NCBI GenBank assembly: GCA_036172245.1
Contig: JAYWIR010000031.1
Location: forward strand, 372,001 to 436,000
Direction of reading: 5' to 3'
Length of the DNA: 64,000 nt
Origin: Raillietiella orientalis
Taxonomy: Eukaryota
Shown here: piece after piece, positions 24,882-35,779 of the stretch
Layout: each line of letters opens with the position of its first letter
Numbering within the stretch: position 1 is the first letter of the stretch
Notes under the pieces: generated by a model
Databases searched by the model: none
What the model was told of the DNA's origin: nothing
Seen by the model: the letters and a program-made list of their open reading frames with translations, nothing else
Translations under genes and position numbers: made by a program

Positions 24882-25399
24882 AGGTTACTGGACCTTACCT
24901 TCCGTCCGACCGTCCTCAAATCTCATTTTCTTTTGCCCGGGAGCGGTAGCCGTTCTAGGAGGTCACTCCGTGAGGGCCTCCGTGTCCTCGAAGGCCACCG
25001 TTCTGTTCATGAACTTGCCGTACTCGGCCAGGGTCTCCAGGGCGGCAGCGCTTTTTCCCTGGTCGTCGGAGCTGGAGCTGAGCCACGTCACCATGGCCGA
25101 GGACGTCTTCACTGGAAGCAGAGAACGTTTGCCGGCTGCTGCTCCGGAATCTGAGGAGGAGGAGGAGGCCACCATGGGCCACCGCGCCCTTCCCCTGTTC
25201 CGACTCCACCCCCCCTCTATCCTTCTGAGAAAGGGGGAAGTAAAGGGTTCTACCCGGAAGTGAGTTCACTTTCGGGTGGAACTTCCGGACCAGCCGGCAG
25301 GTGGCAGCAGCGGGCGCGGAGGGAACGAACCTGCCTCTGGCTGCACGTGGGGAAGGAAGCCTCCTCCCCTTGAGGAGACCCCAGTTTCTCTTCTTACCC

Positions 25400-27345
25400 G
25401 AGCGCTCACCGGCGCACCCTTCAACGCCAGGAATCGACCGCGGTGCAGCAGGAGCAAATCCTGACTCGCATCTGCGAGCTCCAGGAGGACATAAGTCAGT
25501 CGGTGGAGGCATGCAAGCGCAAAAAACTGGAGACCAAGCTTTTCGAGGTGAAGGCAGTTTACTGCGCGACGGTCAACTCGGAGACCCTCCCGCGCAAGGT
25601 GGTAGCCAGGGCCGAACGCTCGATGGAAGAACAAGACATGACAGACCAAACCGGCACGGAGAGCAATGCCAGTAGCGAGAAGCCCGCTTCTTCTTCCTCG
25701 GAAAGACTACAACGGTCTCCCCGACAGAAGAAGCTCAGAAAGGGCAAGAAATGAACCCCCTTGATGGCCTCGTCCTTGTCCACCGCCAGGAGACTAAACA
25801 TCGCCTCCTGGAATGTTAATGGACTTCAAGACCAGAAGAGCAAGAAGGAGAAGAATAGTGCGGAACATCGCGCACTACGACATCCTGTGCCTAAAAGAAA
25901 CCCACGTGATGGGGCAGCAAATCAGCTTTGACTTGGAAAGGCGATTGAACGTCCAACTGTTCACCAGCGATGGACATACGTACACCATGGGGGTGGCGAT
26001 CTCAATCAAGAACGAGCTCGCCGCCGCCATCCTGGAAACCTTCTGTCCCGTACCTGGAAGAGTCATCGTCTTACGATTGTCCTGGTCCGCAAACGTTCAC
26101 CTGTTCCTGGTGAATGTTTACGGACCCCACCAATACAAGAATCGGTGCGCGGAGACGCTTCACGAAGCCTTCCGACAAAAGATCGCACCGAAGGACATCG
26201 TCATCATCGTTGGGGACTTCAACATCCCGGATGAAGTCGTCTATTCCCGGGACATTGTTCCCAGGACGGCGTATGGGCGGCTGCCCGACGAGTTCGGACT
26301 GCTATGGCTAACAGCCAGCCACAAACCGATCGATCACGTCCTCTACAGCTCCGACATAGGGAACCGAGTCCTCGGTTTTCGCGACACGCTCCACTCAGTG
26401 TCCGACCACCCGTTGATGAGGTTTTCCCCGAGGACTGAAAACCCTCGCCAAAAGAAGGCGAGGGTTGCCATCAGCATGTCCGCCTAGTTCGAAATGCTAC
26501 CTGATCACCAAGAGCTTATAGAGGCGATTCTGCAGTTGACTACCATCAGCAGAGTCGCCGACTGGGATAGCTTGAAACACTGAGTCCACCTCTTCTGTAA
26601 CATGCAGTTCGGTGACAAGAAATTGAGGCAGGAAGCGTACCGGGAGCTGAACATCCAAAATCGCTCCCTCTCGGAGTACTGGCAAGATTACGAGAGTCGG
26701 TACGTCTTCCAAAACATCAAGGGAGAAGTCGGCGTGCTGGAGAAGAAGAATCTGACAACAGATATCTTCTGCATCTTGTACGATGGTCGCGCCAGGCACA
26801 CGTCGGAGGATATCACCGAAGCCTTCCAAAGGCACTACGTAGAACACTTCCGACGCAGACATCTGTGCAAGTCATACCAAAATAGTTTCTTGAAACATCT
26901 GGAAAGAAGAGTCGAGGAAAAGAATCGAAAGATGCTGGAAGAGGAAATCTCCGAAGAAGAAGCGAAAGCTGCGTCTAAGGACCTTCGCAAGGATGTGGCA
27001 GCGAACCCTGATAGTATTCCCATCACACACTATCAACGGTTACCTGCATGCCCTGTAAAGGGTCATCGGGCTATCCACCGCCTCAATCATGAAGGTTTTG
27101 GCAGGGATATCCCAGGGAACTGGAACGGTTCCCCACTATAACCTCATGGTAAGAGTGACCATCGCCCTTTTCATCACTGCCATTATTGTGCGGTGGTGGA
27201 AGATGAAGACCACGAGGACCACCATATCTCCACTGCACATCCTGAAGGGGTTCATCCAGACGGAGACCGGCATCAGAATCTGCGGACGAGTGCAGGCCTG
27301 GAACTACCGACACATCCTGAGAAGGATTGGAGGAAGAATCTAGGC
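25400..27345 (+). mobile_element. Tx1/L1-clade LINE: ORF1 end plus ORF2 APE endonuclease and RT start, decayed
   Basis: LNIASWNVNGL (~25795-25826), YDILCLKETH, NVYGP, IVGDFN, IDHVL, SDH (APE motifs); EEISEEEAKAASKDLRKDVAANPDSIP (pre-RT K.PGPDGIP). Confidence 0.9.
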
Positions 27346-27769
27346 CCAAACGATACCCAGGTGATTGAGTGCAGTGAACTTTTCAGAGACCCAAAGAAGC
27401 AGACTTCAAGTGAACACTGAAAGTGAAGTGCAGTTTTTGCGCAATTTGTATCAATGAGATTGTAGTGTGAATGAAAAAAAAAAAAAATTAAAGAAAATAA
27501 ATTCACCCCACCCTTGTTGGACTTGAGAAAATTCTAATTGAACAAACATTTTTTCAGATTAATTATGATTTCCCTTAATCGGAGAATAACCGACTTGTTT
27601 TGATTGAAAAATAGGATGTGGAATGGAAGATGCTTTCATGGAGGTGGAACTCTAAAGCACCAGTTCTCACAAACTTTTCTTCTTTTACAGTTGGAATCAT
27701 TAGTTTCCCTCAGAAGTCTTTGAATTCAACCTACTTTTCATAAGAAATATGGATTCCGGGCCTGTCCGA

Positions 27770-28830
27770 TTTCTGCTATGAAAAACATCGGGAATTGCTA
27801 GAAAAGAAATTCATGCGAAACGAAACCTTCCCCACGAGTTTCAAGGACGTTTTCAGTGTGTGAAAGATGCTGTCAGGTCGATGTCTCCGGGCACACTTGC
27901 AAGAAGAGAGAGGCTGTTTCTTTCCTCTCCACTGTGTGATTTCCGATTGAACTCGGTACAAATTGAACCAGCTACTTGGAGGGTGAAAGTACACGTCAAT
28001 GGTACTTTGATTCCAGGTACCTCGAATCGTTTCTTAACATGATTGTGGAGGCGAGACAAGACAGTCCAATTTGTCCGAATTGTGCCAATATGATATCAGA
28101 AATCAGCAGAGAATCATCTGAATCCTTCCCGAATCGGTGATTTCAACCATGAAAACGAACATTCTGATGAAGTCTCCTCACATTCGCTGATAGAGGTGCC
28201 ACGCCGAGTGCTGACATTCGCAATCGCAACGAAGGAAGTTCTCTGCGTGGAAAGTGTGCCAATGGAACTTCGGAAACACGGAAACGGGAAGCGAACAAAA
28301 GGGGGGAAACATCCTTACAGATGGGACAATGCCTTTTTGAAAAGTTGGACTGAGACGGAAATGGGAGTGAGGTCAGCGCCACCACCTCGCGCAAACAGTC
28401 TGAATGTATCTTCGAGTGAAGAAGCTGGCTGGCTGACGCGGGTAGAACTGGAATACGGAGTGCCACAGAAGGCATCTCGGTGACTTTCACGCGGATCGCA
28501 GGAGCGGTGGTGCACGACCAGCCTTGAAGAACCCCCCTTTTCATGAGGGAAAGGACGCGGAGTGGCATGTGCAGCCCAGCTTCGCGCAAACCAGTCATCC
28601 CTGCACAGCCCTTGGTATATGCATTCGTACGCGGCAACGGCACACCTTTCGGTCGTGTGCGTTGGCCAGACGACTTTCCAAAGATGCACACACTTTCAAC
28701 AAAAGCACTCGGCTCAGCAAGGGTCACGGAAGAGCACAGTAGACACCAGGGACCAACTTTACTCGGTATTCTTTTCGACTTTTCCTCAAACTGTCTTGAT
28801 GAAACCACACTACACACCCTAGCTGCACCC
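27770..28830 (+). pseudogene. Decayed Argonaute (PAZ-L2-MID-start of PIWI)
   Basis: SLIEVPRRVL (L2 EV.GRVL), RVELEYGVPQ (MID KAEL..G..TQ), PVIPAQPLVYAF (VF.QPVIF.GADV), HSAQQGSRKSTVD (Y....Q..R.E.I.D). Confidence 0.5.
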
Positions 28831-29099
28831 CTCCTCAACACAATTTGTTTCTTGTAAGCGAATATTGCAGTGAAATTACAAAAGCCCGTGTTTCGTTTTT
28901 TTCAAAGAAGGCGTTCCTCTGTCTTCGACTTCCCTAATCATGACCTTCCCTATTTGTCCCTTATTCGTGAGAATGTTTCCTCATTAAATTCCCCGTTACA
29001 TCATTCCTTTTGTTGAGGTAACATTCCATGGTCTTCACTCGATTGCTTGCCTTATCTGACTCTTTATCTCAAATTCTCACTTCATTGCCTCCATCTTGC

Positions 29100-30330
29100 T
29101 TTTGATGCGGACACCACACAGGTGTCCCATACCTATTCCCCTTCCTCATCCTATAACTGCGATCATCTTCTAGCATACATCGTGCAAATAAATTTCCACT
29201 GTACGGCAAGAAGCACCACCTCTTTCCTAGCAACTTTGTGCAAGACATGAGAGAAGAGACCAAAGAATGCATACACTTCTTTCGAAATGAGGCCATTCAT
29301 TCATTCAGCTCCACCATCCTCAGGTTCAAGACACACGGCCCACTGCTCTTCTCAGTCACTAGCAACGCTGTGCTGCATCCGCAACAACGGAAGAGAAATC
29401 ACTCGCATCCCAATCAAATTATCGTTCAATAATCACGCATGTTTTCAGCAAACCAATTTTTATTCATCATCAGAGAATCATTACGCAAGGCCTACTCCTC
29501 AGCTTCATTGGACGAAAAAAATTCCAAGACCCTGCTGCTTGAGGTAATGACTCGACCACTCCACTTCTTCCTCAAAGAATTGTCTTCTATCCAGGTTTCC
29601 CTGACTTCTTTTCGTTTCTCAATTTCGATATCGAAACTATGTTTCATTCTCTATTACGCTGATTCTCCTCTTCACACTCACTCTGCATGCATGTTTCAGC
29701 ATTGCCTAAGGAACGAACGGGACAACGAATAAAATTCGTGGCTATACACAAACTGACCTATGGGTCTCCCTATCTCCTGAATGTAAACCTCATAGGCACA
29801 GCATCACTCGGAAATCAATAGTAGCCACATTTCGCTTTTCAGCGGTCTACCTTACCTGAATGCATGAACCTACTTTAAATTCGAAGCTTGAACCCATCAG
29901 GATTCCAGAACCAAACCATCATGTATCACGTGATTGTATGTTGGAAGCTGAAATTGACTTCCAAGCTTTGCATTCTTCATTCTGCAGTCACCCACTCACA
30001 CTGAGCGCCATGGTGCTCCTCAACACGCCTCTTTCCTAAGAGGCAACTGGCTGCAACGGATTGACCTCGATCCTTGTGGCTAACGACCGCAGTCCGAACC
30101 ATTGTGGTTTTAAGTTGCGTGACTTCTTTGCTCTGGTGAGACAAAATATGTGGATCTACTGCCTCTCCGAGAACTCGACCACCTAGCTTTAAAAGACAGT
30201 TTCCACGTGGGCAAAGATGAACGGCTCCAGCGATCTGGACTACTCCTGCTTCCGTAGAGGCAGGTACGCTGGACAGCTCCTGCTGGAGGTCGTTTCCAGC
30301 CCACGGAAACTTCTGTGAGCTTCTCCAGCT
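29100..30330 (-). pseudogene. Two juxtaposed decayed Argonaute fragments (MID/PIWI at 30330-29850; L1/PAZ at ~29700-29100)
   Basis: NCLLKLGG...LKTTMVRTAVVSHKDRGQSVAAS (N.KLGG...TM.VG.DV.H....SV.A) and VIHDGL (IYRDGV); downstream LIGMRVISL (PAZ start GLKV.T). Confidence 0.5.
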
Positions 30331-31115
30331 CTTTGCCCCACTGCTGCCCTTACTCAAGAACGCTAGGGACGTCCAGCAAGAGGCATCGCGGGAAGTGTTC
30401 TGCATTATTGAATGCACGAAAGAACTCTCGAAGGCGTAGAAATCTCGAGAACTAGCGGACGCTGCAACCCCGAGTGTCCCGCCTAAGGGACTTGCGCGCT
30501 GGGGTGAGCTCCTCGGCATACCTCCAGAGCAGGTGAAATGAGCCCCAGAGCATTGGAACAATGGCACCCTCCCCTTGAATTGGCGGGAGACGGCGCTGCT
30601 TGCGCTGTATTGGGGACTCCTTTGCAGAGCACGCCTCTCCCATTGGACCCGTGAAAGTGTAGATGCCAATTGTGGAGAGTGCGGGGAACGGGATCCTCCC
30701 GCACCTAATCATCGAATGTGTCGCCCTCCGATTCATGTGGAATCGAGTGTCGTCGATTCTGAACATACCTCTGGGTCAAATTCAAAGGTCATTTTCTGTC
30801 GCCTCCTGACGCGGCACGCTTTACCAGCAGCCGCTTGTAGCAGCCCTCTGCTGCATACGCGGAGTCCTGGACAAATGGACTGTGTCTAGGAGAGGTCACA
30901 ACAGCCGGAATGTCATTCACTGGGCAGTTATCTCTATGGAGAAGGCTTCCCGATGGCTCCGGCTGAGGACATCACGACCGGCACTTGTTTGCATCCAAAG
31001 TCGGATGCAGAGGACCCCTTCCGGCGATCTGCGATCTCTTCCATTCCTCCTTCTTTCCGTAAAACATTGCCCTTTCCTCCCGTTTTTGTTTTTTTTTGTT
31101 TTTTCTTTTTTGTGA
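30330..31115 (+). mobile_element. 3' end of Tx1/L1-clade LINE (zf-RVT plus T-rich tail)
   Basis: LYWGLLCRARLSHWTRESVDANCGECGERD...H, homologous to the zf-RVT region at 4720-5055; T-rich tract 31083-31112. Confidence 0.7.
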
Positions 31116-31559
31116 TTTTCCCCTCCCCCTTGTCAGCGAAGAGGACTTCAAAAGCCTGAGGGCTGGTAAAGACAAGTGTTCAAGACAGGCAGAACCACGT
31201 TTTATCCCTCGATGAACCTCAAGACTTCATTATAAGATTTCATTTTCTGAAAATTTTAATGATAAATGCCCCGGCATATCCGGGTGAAAAACCATAGAAA
31301 CCAAATATGCCACACCCAATTATTTCCAAGTTTCTAAACACAAATTCCACAAGTGTGGACTGAAAATGCCCTGCGTGCCGAAGAAAAGTGCTGTGCACCA
31401 CCACGGACGAAGTCCATGCGATTTGAAAGGAGGGCTTCGAAGTCAGGAAGGAAAAAAAAAACCTTCTTTCCACCACTGGAACTTGTAGAACCCAAGTGCG
31501 TCCCTCAAGACAGGAAGAGGACAGCAACCTGTCGACAAGGTAGGCGATTCCGAACTGTT

Positions 31560-31800
31560 GGAACCTTCGTTAGACTGCTCGATCGATCAAGCAGATCCGC
31601 CGATCGAACCACTTCGACCACCCGCTTTCGCTCCCGCCGCTCTTTCTAGAAGCAATCCTTCCCCTCGAAAACGTTCGGAAATACCCCCCATCCCCCCAAA
31701 CCACGGTGATGCATCGAAATTTTTTCCGGTCGATTTCCCCGAAGATTTATATTCTTGTGCACCTCAATTTTGTTCACGAAGGATTGCCATCCCGCTTGCC
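31560..31800 (+). pseudogene. Possible Argonaute N-terminal fragment
   Basis: PPIPPNHGDASKFFPVDFPEDLY resembles PPRP..G...ANxFxVxxP...LY at the start of the N domain. Confidence 0.35.
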
Positions 31801-32189
31801 TCAGATTCCTTTGTTTTTGTCCTTTTTTTTCTCCGGGGAACGCAATGTCCCGTAAGCCCTTTGAATCTCCAGTCATCAACGTCATGTCTTCGTTTTGTGT
31901 CGATTTCCAATGATGGTGGGTGTGAATGGGATGTTGAACAAAAGTGTAACCTGCAACTGAGCCACCATGCTCATGTTATTCTCAATTGAGCATCCCTGTA
32001 GGTTTTGAAGCGAAACATCGCAATGTTTTTTCCAACATCCTGGTCCGAAAAATTTCTGGTCGCGAAACAAAATAAATAAATAAAAGAAAAAAAGAAAAGA
32101 AAGGAAAACCAACAAAAAAAGAAAAGGAAGAAAAAAACATTATGTCTTCGGAAGCCCTTTTTTCGTGGAAGACGAACACTGGAATTTTG

Positions 32190-32580
32190 GATCAGCATTT
32201 GCATGCATAGGCTGACGTAATGTTTTTGCTTCCACTGCCCTCGTGGATGGAGTGGGTATGCGGAAAACCGACAGCTGGACAGCACATCATTTCAAGCATT
32301 TTTCTTCTACAGGAGCACTCCCTTCCTCCTGGTGGGTCAATCCGCTGCATGCCATCTCCCCCTTTTTTTCGTTGGCTCCCCACAGAGAATAAGCCTCCCC
32401 ACCAAGCCCTTCTCTCCCCACCCGAGATCCCGAGTTGCAATTGGCGTGCCAAGTGGAGGGATGTGTGAATTCACTATCCTCGCCTACCCAACCTTGGAAT
32501 CTTCCGTTTCCGGAGACCCCCTGCATCGCAGGCCATCCAGTGGCCCCTGTGAACAGACAGATTGTTGCTCCCATTGCCCT
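32190..32580 (-). pseudogene. Decayed Argonaute PIWI C-terminus
   Basis: VGEDSEFTHP (VVD..ITHP), HANCNSGSR (SHA..GT.R), AYSLWGANE...GLTH (Y.VLWD.N...LT), CAVQLSVFRIPTP (RC..SVSIP.P). Confidence 0.55.
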
Positions 32581-32626
32581 CTCTATTTAATGTTACTGAA
32601 ATTTTGATATAAATAAACTAATTAGT

Positions 32627-33744
32627 TTATTGAACTATTGCATATAGTAATTTCACAGGTTTTGGTGGATTTGATGAAGTATGCAAGGTTTTTTCCGTCC
32701 AATCATAAAGTGGTTCACCTCTATGACCATTGGCATATAATGCCATAAGTACTTCACCGGCTTCAACTTTTCTACCATTTTTTCTATTTAGATGAATTTC
32801 AGCCATCTGATCAATTGCCTGTTCTTTTGTGTTTCTGTTAGCAAATAAACGAACTGCTAACAATCCAATTTCACTAGCATCAACTATTTCCACATTACCT
32901 GTGGTTTTACCTTGAAGTTCAATTCTCTTTTTGGTATTTAACATGAAATCAAGATTATCCATAGGATCTATCAAAGATAAATCGCCAACCTGTTCTTTAA
33001 GGAACTCCATTAAATATTCTAGTGGTTCTTTTGTTTTCCATCCAGCTTCAGATGCTTGAAATGCTTCATCCAAATCATTCTATTTTTCACCCTAACACAA
33101 ACTTGGTGCCCCTGATTCACACACAATACTATGGGAATCCTCAGATCCACTCCCCTGCAAAGTTTTCACAACTTCCTGGATTTCGATTGCGCTACCAATA
33201 GCCCCCACCCAATGGTTGATCCATATTAGTAATTTGAGCTGTAATTTTTTTATATAAATGTTTTGCAATTCCAAGCATAACGTAATCTAGTTGCTTTGCT
33301 TCAGAGACTGATTTCGTAAATGCACCATTCCACACTGAGCATCGAAAACAATTCCTTCACTACCCACCTGGACTTCACTACACTGGCAATTTTCTTGCAC
33401 AGGATACTTGCAGCAATTCATGGAATTCGATTCACAGTTGCAGTAGCACTTCTTAGGGCATAAACCTCTTTCCCTACTGGAACAATATCGCTTGATTGCA
33501 ACATTGCAACATTCACTCTATGAAGAACACGTTGAAATGCTTGAAATCCAATTTCCACTTTGAAACCTTCAAAGCTTTCTCATTTGTCAACTGTTCCTCC
33601 AGTTTGGCCAAAACCACGGCCAGACATTTCAGCAATATTTGAACCAAAACTAGCTCATGGTGCATAGATTAAACTAACTTGATCACCAACACTACCGGAT
33701 GACTGCTCATCTATCTCGAATCCTTTAACACCTGATGAATTCAT
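32627..33744 (-). pseudogene. deoA: Bacterial-type thymidine/pyrimidine-nucleoside phosphorylase pseudogene (Mollicute-like)
   Basis: SGVKGFEIDEQSSGSVGDQVSLIYAP*ASFGSNIAEMSGRGFGQTGGTVDK*ESFEG...VYALRSATATVNRIP*IAASILCKKIA...GIVFDAQC-GNGAF...ITNMDQPLG-AIGSAIEIQEVVKTLQG...DASEIGLLAVRLFANRNTKEQAIDQMAEIHLNRKNGRKVEAGEVLMALYAN matches the DKHSTGGVGDK/SGRGLGxTGGT/YALRD/SKK/PYNP_C signatures; intronless, with stops and frameshifts; N-terminal ~65 aa missing. Confidence 0.92.
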
Positions 33745-34295
33745 ACTGGAAAAAATCCCCCCTGAAAGATCAGCTTTTTTCCCAGCACGATCAAAAGCGA
33801 ACTTTAATGCGAAACGCATATCCCCCGTTGATGGAAGAGCGTCCAGAATAGTAAGGTCACCACTTTGAAAAATACAAGTGATTTGATCTCAGTCATCAAA
33901 TTTACCTGCACTATCAGTAAGAACACTGCCTGAGTTTGCTGACGTTTCAATTTTTGTTGCTACTTTTCCGACGTCATCAAGTGATTTTTTGAAAACATTA
34001 GATTTTCGTTCACGATGATCACCTAATATTTCTTATTAAGGTTGAAGACTTGCAGCCTCTTCAATTGGTTGATTTGAAATCATTTCTTTATTCATTTCTT
34101 CAATTCATCTTTTCAATCTCCGTGATGCTGAGATTTTGATAAAAACATCGAAATTATCTTGTAATCACGTGTTGTATAGGATTGCAATAGGTCCGTTCAA
34201 AATTCAATTCCTCCCACTTCATTTGACTCATTACTTTTAAACAGGCAATTACTTGATGCTGATACACCAATTGCAATTTTGCTGGCAAACAAGTC
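33745..34295 (-). pseudogene. Mollicute-type lipoprotein-like fragment, in frame with the phosphorylase remnant
   Basis: IAIGVSAS-VIAC lipobox-like signal (VIAC at 34252-34241, one frameshift) followed by a K/N/E/S-rich frame in which TGA reads naturally as Trp (YNT*LQD, LKR*IEE, FDD*DQI). Confidence 0.5.
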
Positions 34296-34815
34296 ACACA
34301 AAATGATTACAAGATAACTCCATAACCCATTGCTGTAAAATCTGCATCAGCTGAGACTGTACAAAATTTCCTCTGCTGCTCAGATTGAATGTGCTGACAA
34401 AGTATTTTGCTCAGCTTTAGCTAAAACATGCAGTTTTTGCACTTTATTTGGCATTTTGCACCCCATTTTTGCACCCCAACGATTCCTTTGAAGTTGCAAT
34501 TACATTCTTATATAATTGATCTGTGGACGAAGGAATCGAATTTCTGTTAAATTATGACTCCGTATTGAATTCGTTCCAGAAACCTCAAAAAATTGAACAG
34601 AATAATTTTCGATTTATTTTGGGAATTTGTATTATGGGAACATAAACGTAAAAATGGGAAATTATTTTCCAAAATGAAAATCACAAAGATGGAAATGTGT
34701 TTCTAGGTGCCTCCTTTCTGCATCTTAGCCGGAGTGGAGGATGTTGGTTCGCTCTTTTTTTGCTCTCTTCACTGTCTGAAGGGTGCAGTGAGTGGCACTG
34801 CCGTGAGGATTCGAA

Positions 34816-35194
34816 ATGGCTCCGAAGTCTGGTAGGGGTGAAGTCTGGTCTGGAAGGCGGTGAAGAACATCACGAAGGGGGACAAGAAGAAGAAGCGGAA
34901 GAGGAAGGAGGAGACTTACTCCATCTACATCCACAAAGTGTTGAAGCAGGTGCACCCGGACACGGGCATCTCCAGCAAGGCCATGTCGATCATGAGCAGC
35001 TTCGTGAACGACATCTCCGAGCACATCGTTGCAGAAGCGTCCCGCCTGTCGCACTACAACAAGCTCACCACCATCACCAGCGGGGAGACGGCGGTATGCA
35101 GACGGCGGTGCGCCTGCTGCTGCCCGGGGAACTGGCCAAGCATGCCGTTTCGTAGGGCACGAAAGAAGTGACCAAGCACACGAGCTCGAAGTAA
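34816..35194 (+). pseudogene. H2B: Histone H2B pseudogene
   Basis: MAPKSG...[69 protein letters not shown]...[30 protein letters not shown]; frameshifts and a premature stop; eroded stem-loop (ggctc..agag) ~35236. Confidence 0.95.
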
Positions 35195-35299
35195 ACTCTG
35201 CTTCCGCCAGCCCGTGCACTCCAACCAACAAGAATGGCTCAAGAGAATCTTCTGCGGTTGTTGTTTTCTCTGTGTCTTTCACGGTTCTTCGGTGCTGTC

Positions 35300-35770
35300 T
35301 TCCGGAGGGTCATCTGGTTGGGCTGCGTTTGTCCTTTTTACGTGCGTTGCTTATATGCTACTTGAAGAGCGGATGCGGGTGGCTACCATCCGTTGCCTTA
35401 GTTTCACAAGCTTCTTTTATGGAATTCCAACGTATTGGAGTACCTCTTCGTTTCCAGGATCCCATGCTCCAAGTGAGCCGATAAGGATCGCATGCACTTT
35501 GGTTTGTTTTCCAGTGTTTCCGAGTTCCATTGCGACATCTTAGCATCTGGCTTCTTTGATCTTCCTGGCTGCGGTGAACGTCTCCTTTCCATTTTCGAAT
35601 AGGCAGGAGATGTCCAGCACACTTATTCGGTCACGTTTTTCTAAAACCAGGTCTGGTTTTAGGCTGGAGGTGCTTCCTGGAACTCTGCGATTTCTCGATT
35701 CGTATCATGGAGGGCGAGACACTGGTCTCATCCTCCGTTCCGCAACGCCGACATATTCTTTCACGTACCC
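35300..35770 (-). mobile_element. 3' end of an R2-group (NeSL/Utopia-like) retrotransposon: CCHC plus restriction-like endonuclease
   Basis: ICRRCGTEDET...LKPDLVLEKRDRISVLDISCLFENG...ARKIK...IGSLGAWDPGNEEVL (PD..D-K REL motif). Confidence 0.85.
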
Positions 35771-35779
35771 TTTTTGTTG

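Noticed and set aside
28457..28468. GVPQ resembling the RT GVPQG motif
   Set aside because: Not followed by YADD; the context (RVELEYGVPQ after EVPRRVL) fits the Argonaute MID domain.
32627..34295. Living bacterial contaminant, or a TGA=Leu genetic code
   Set aside because: Frameshifts, TAA/TAG stops and lost catalytic residues (DKH to DEQ, LRD to LRS) show neutral decay rather than an active gene or recoding.
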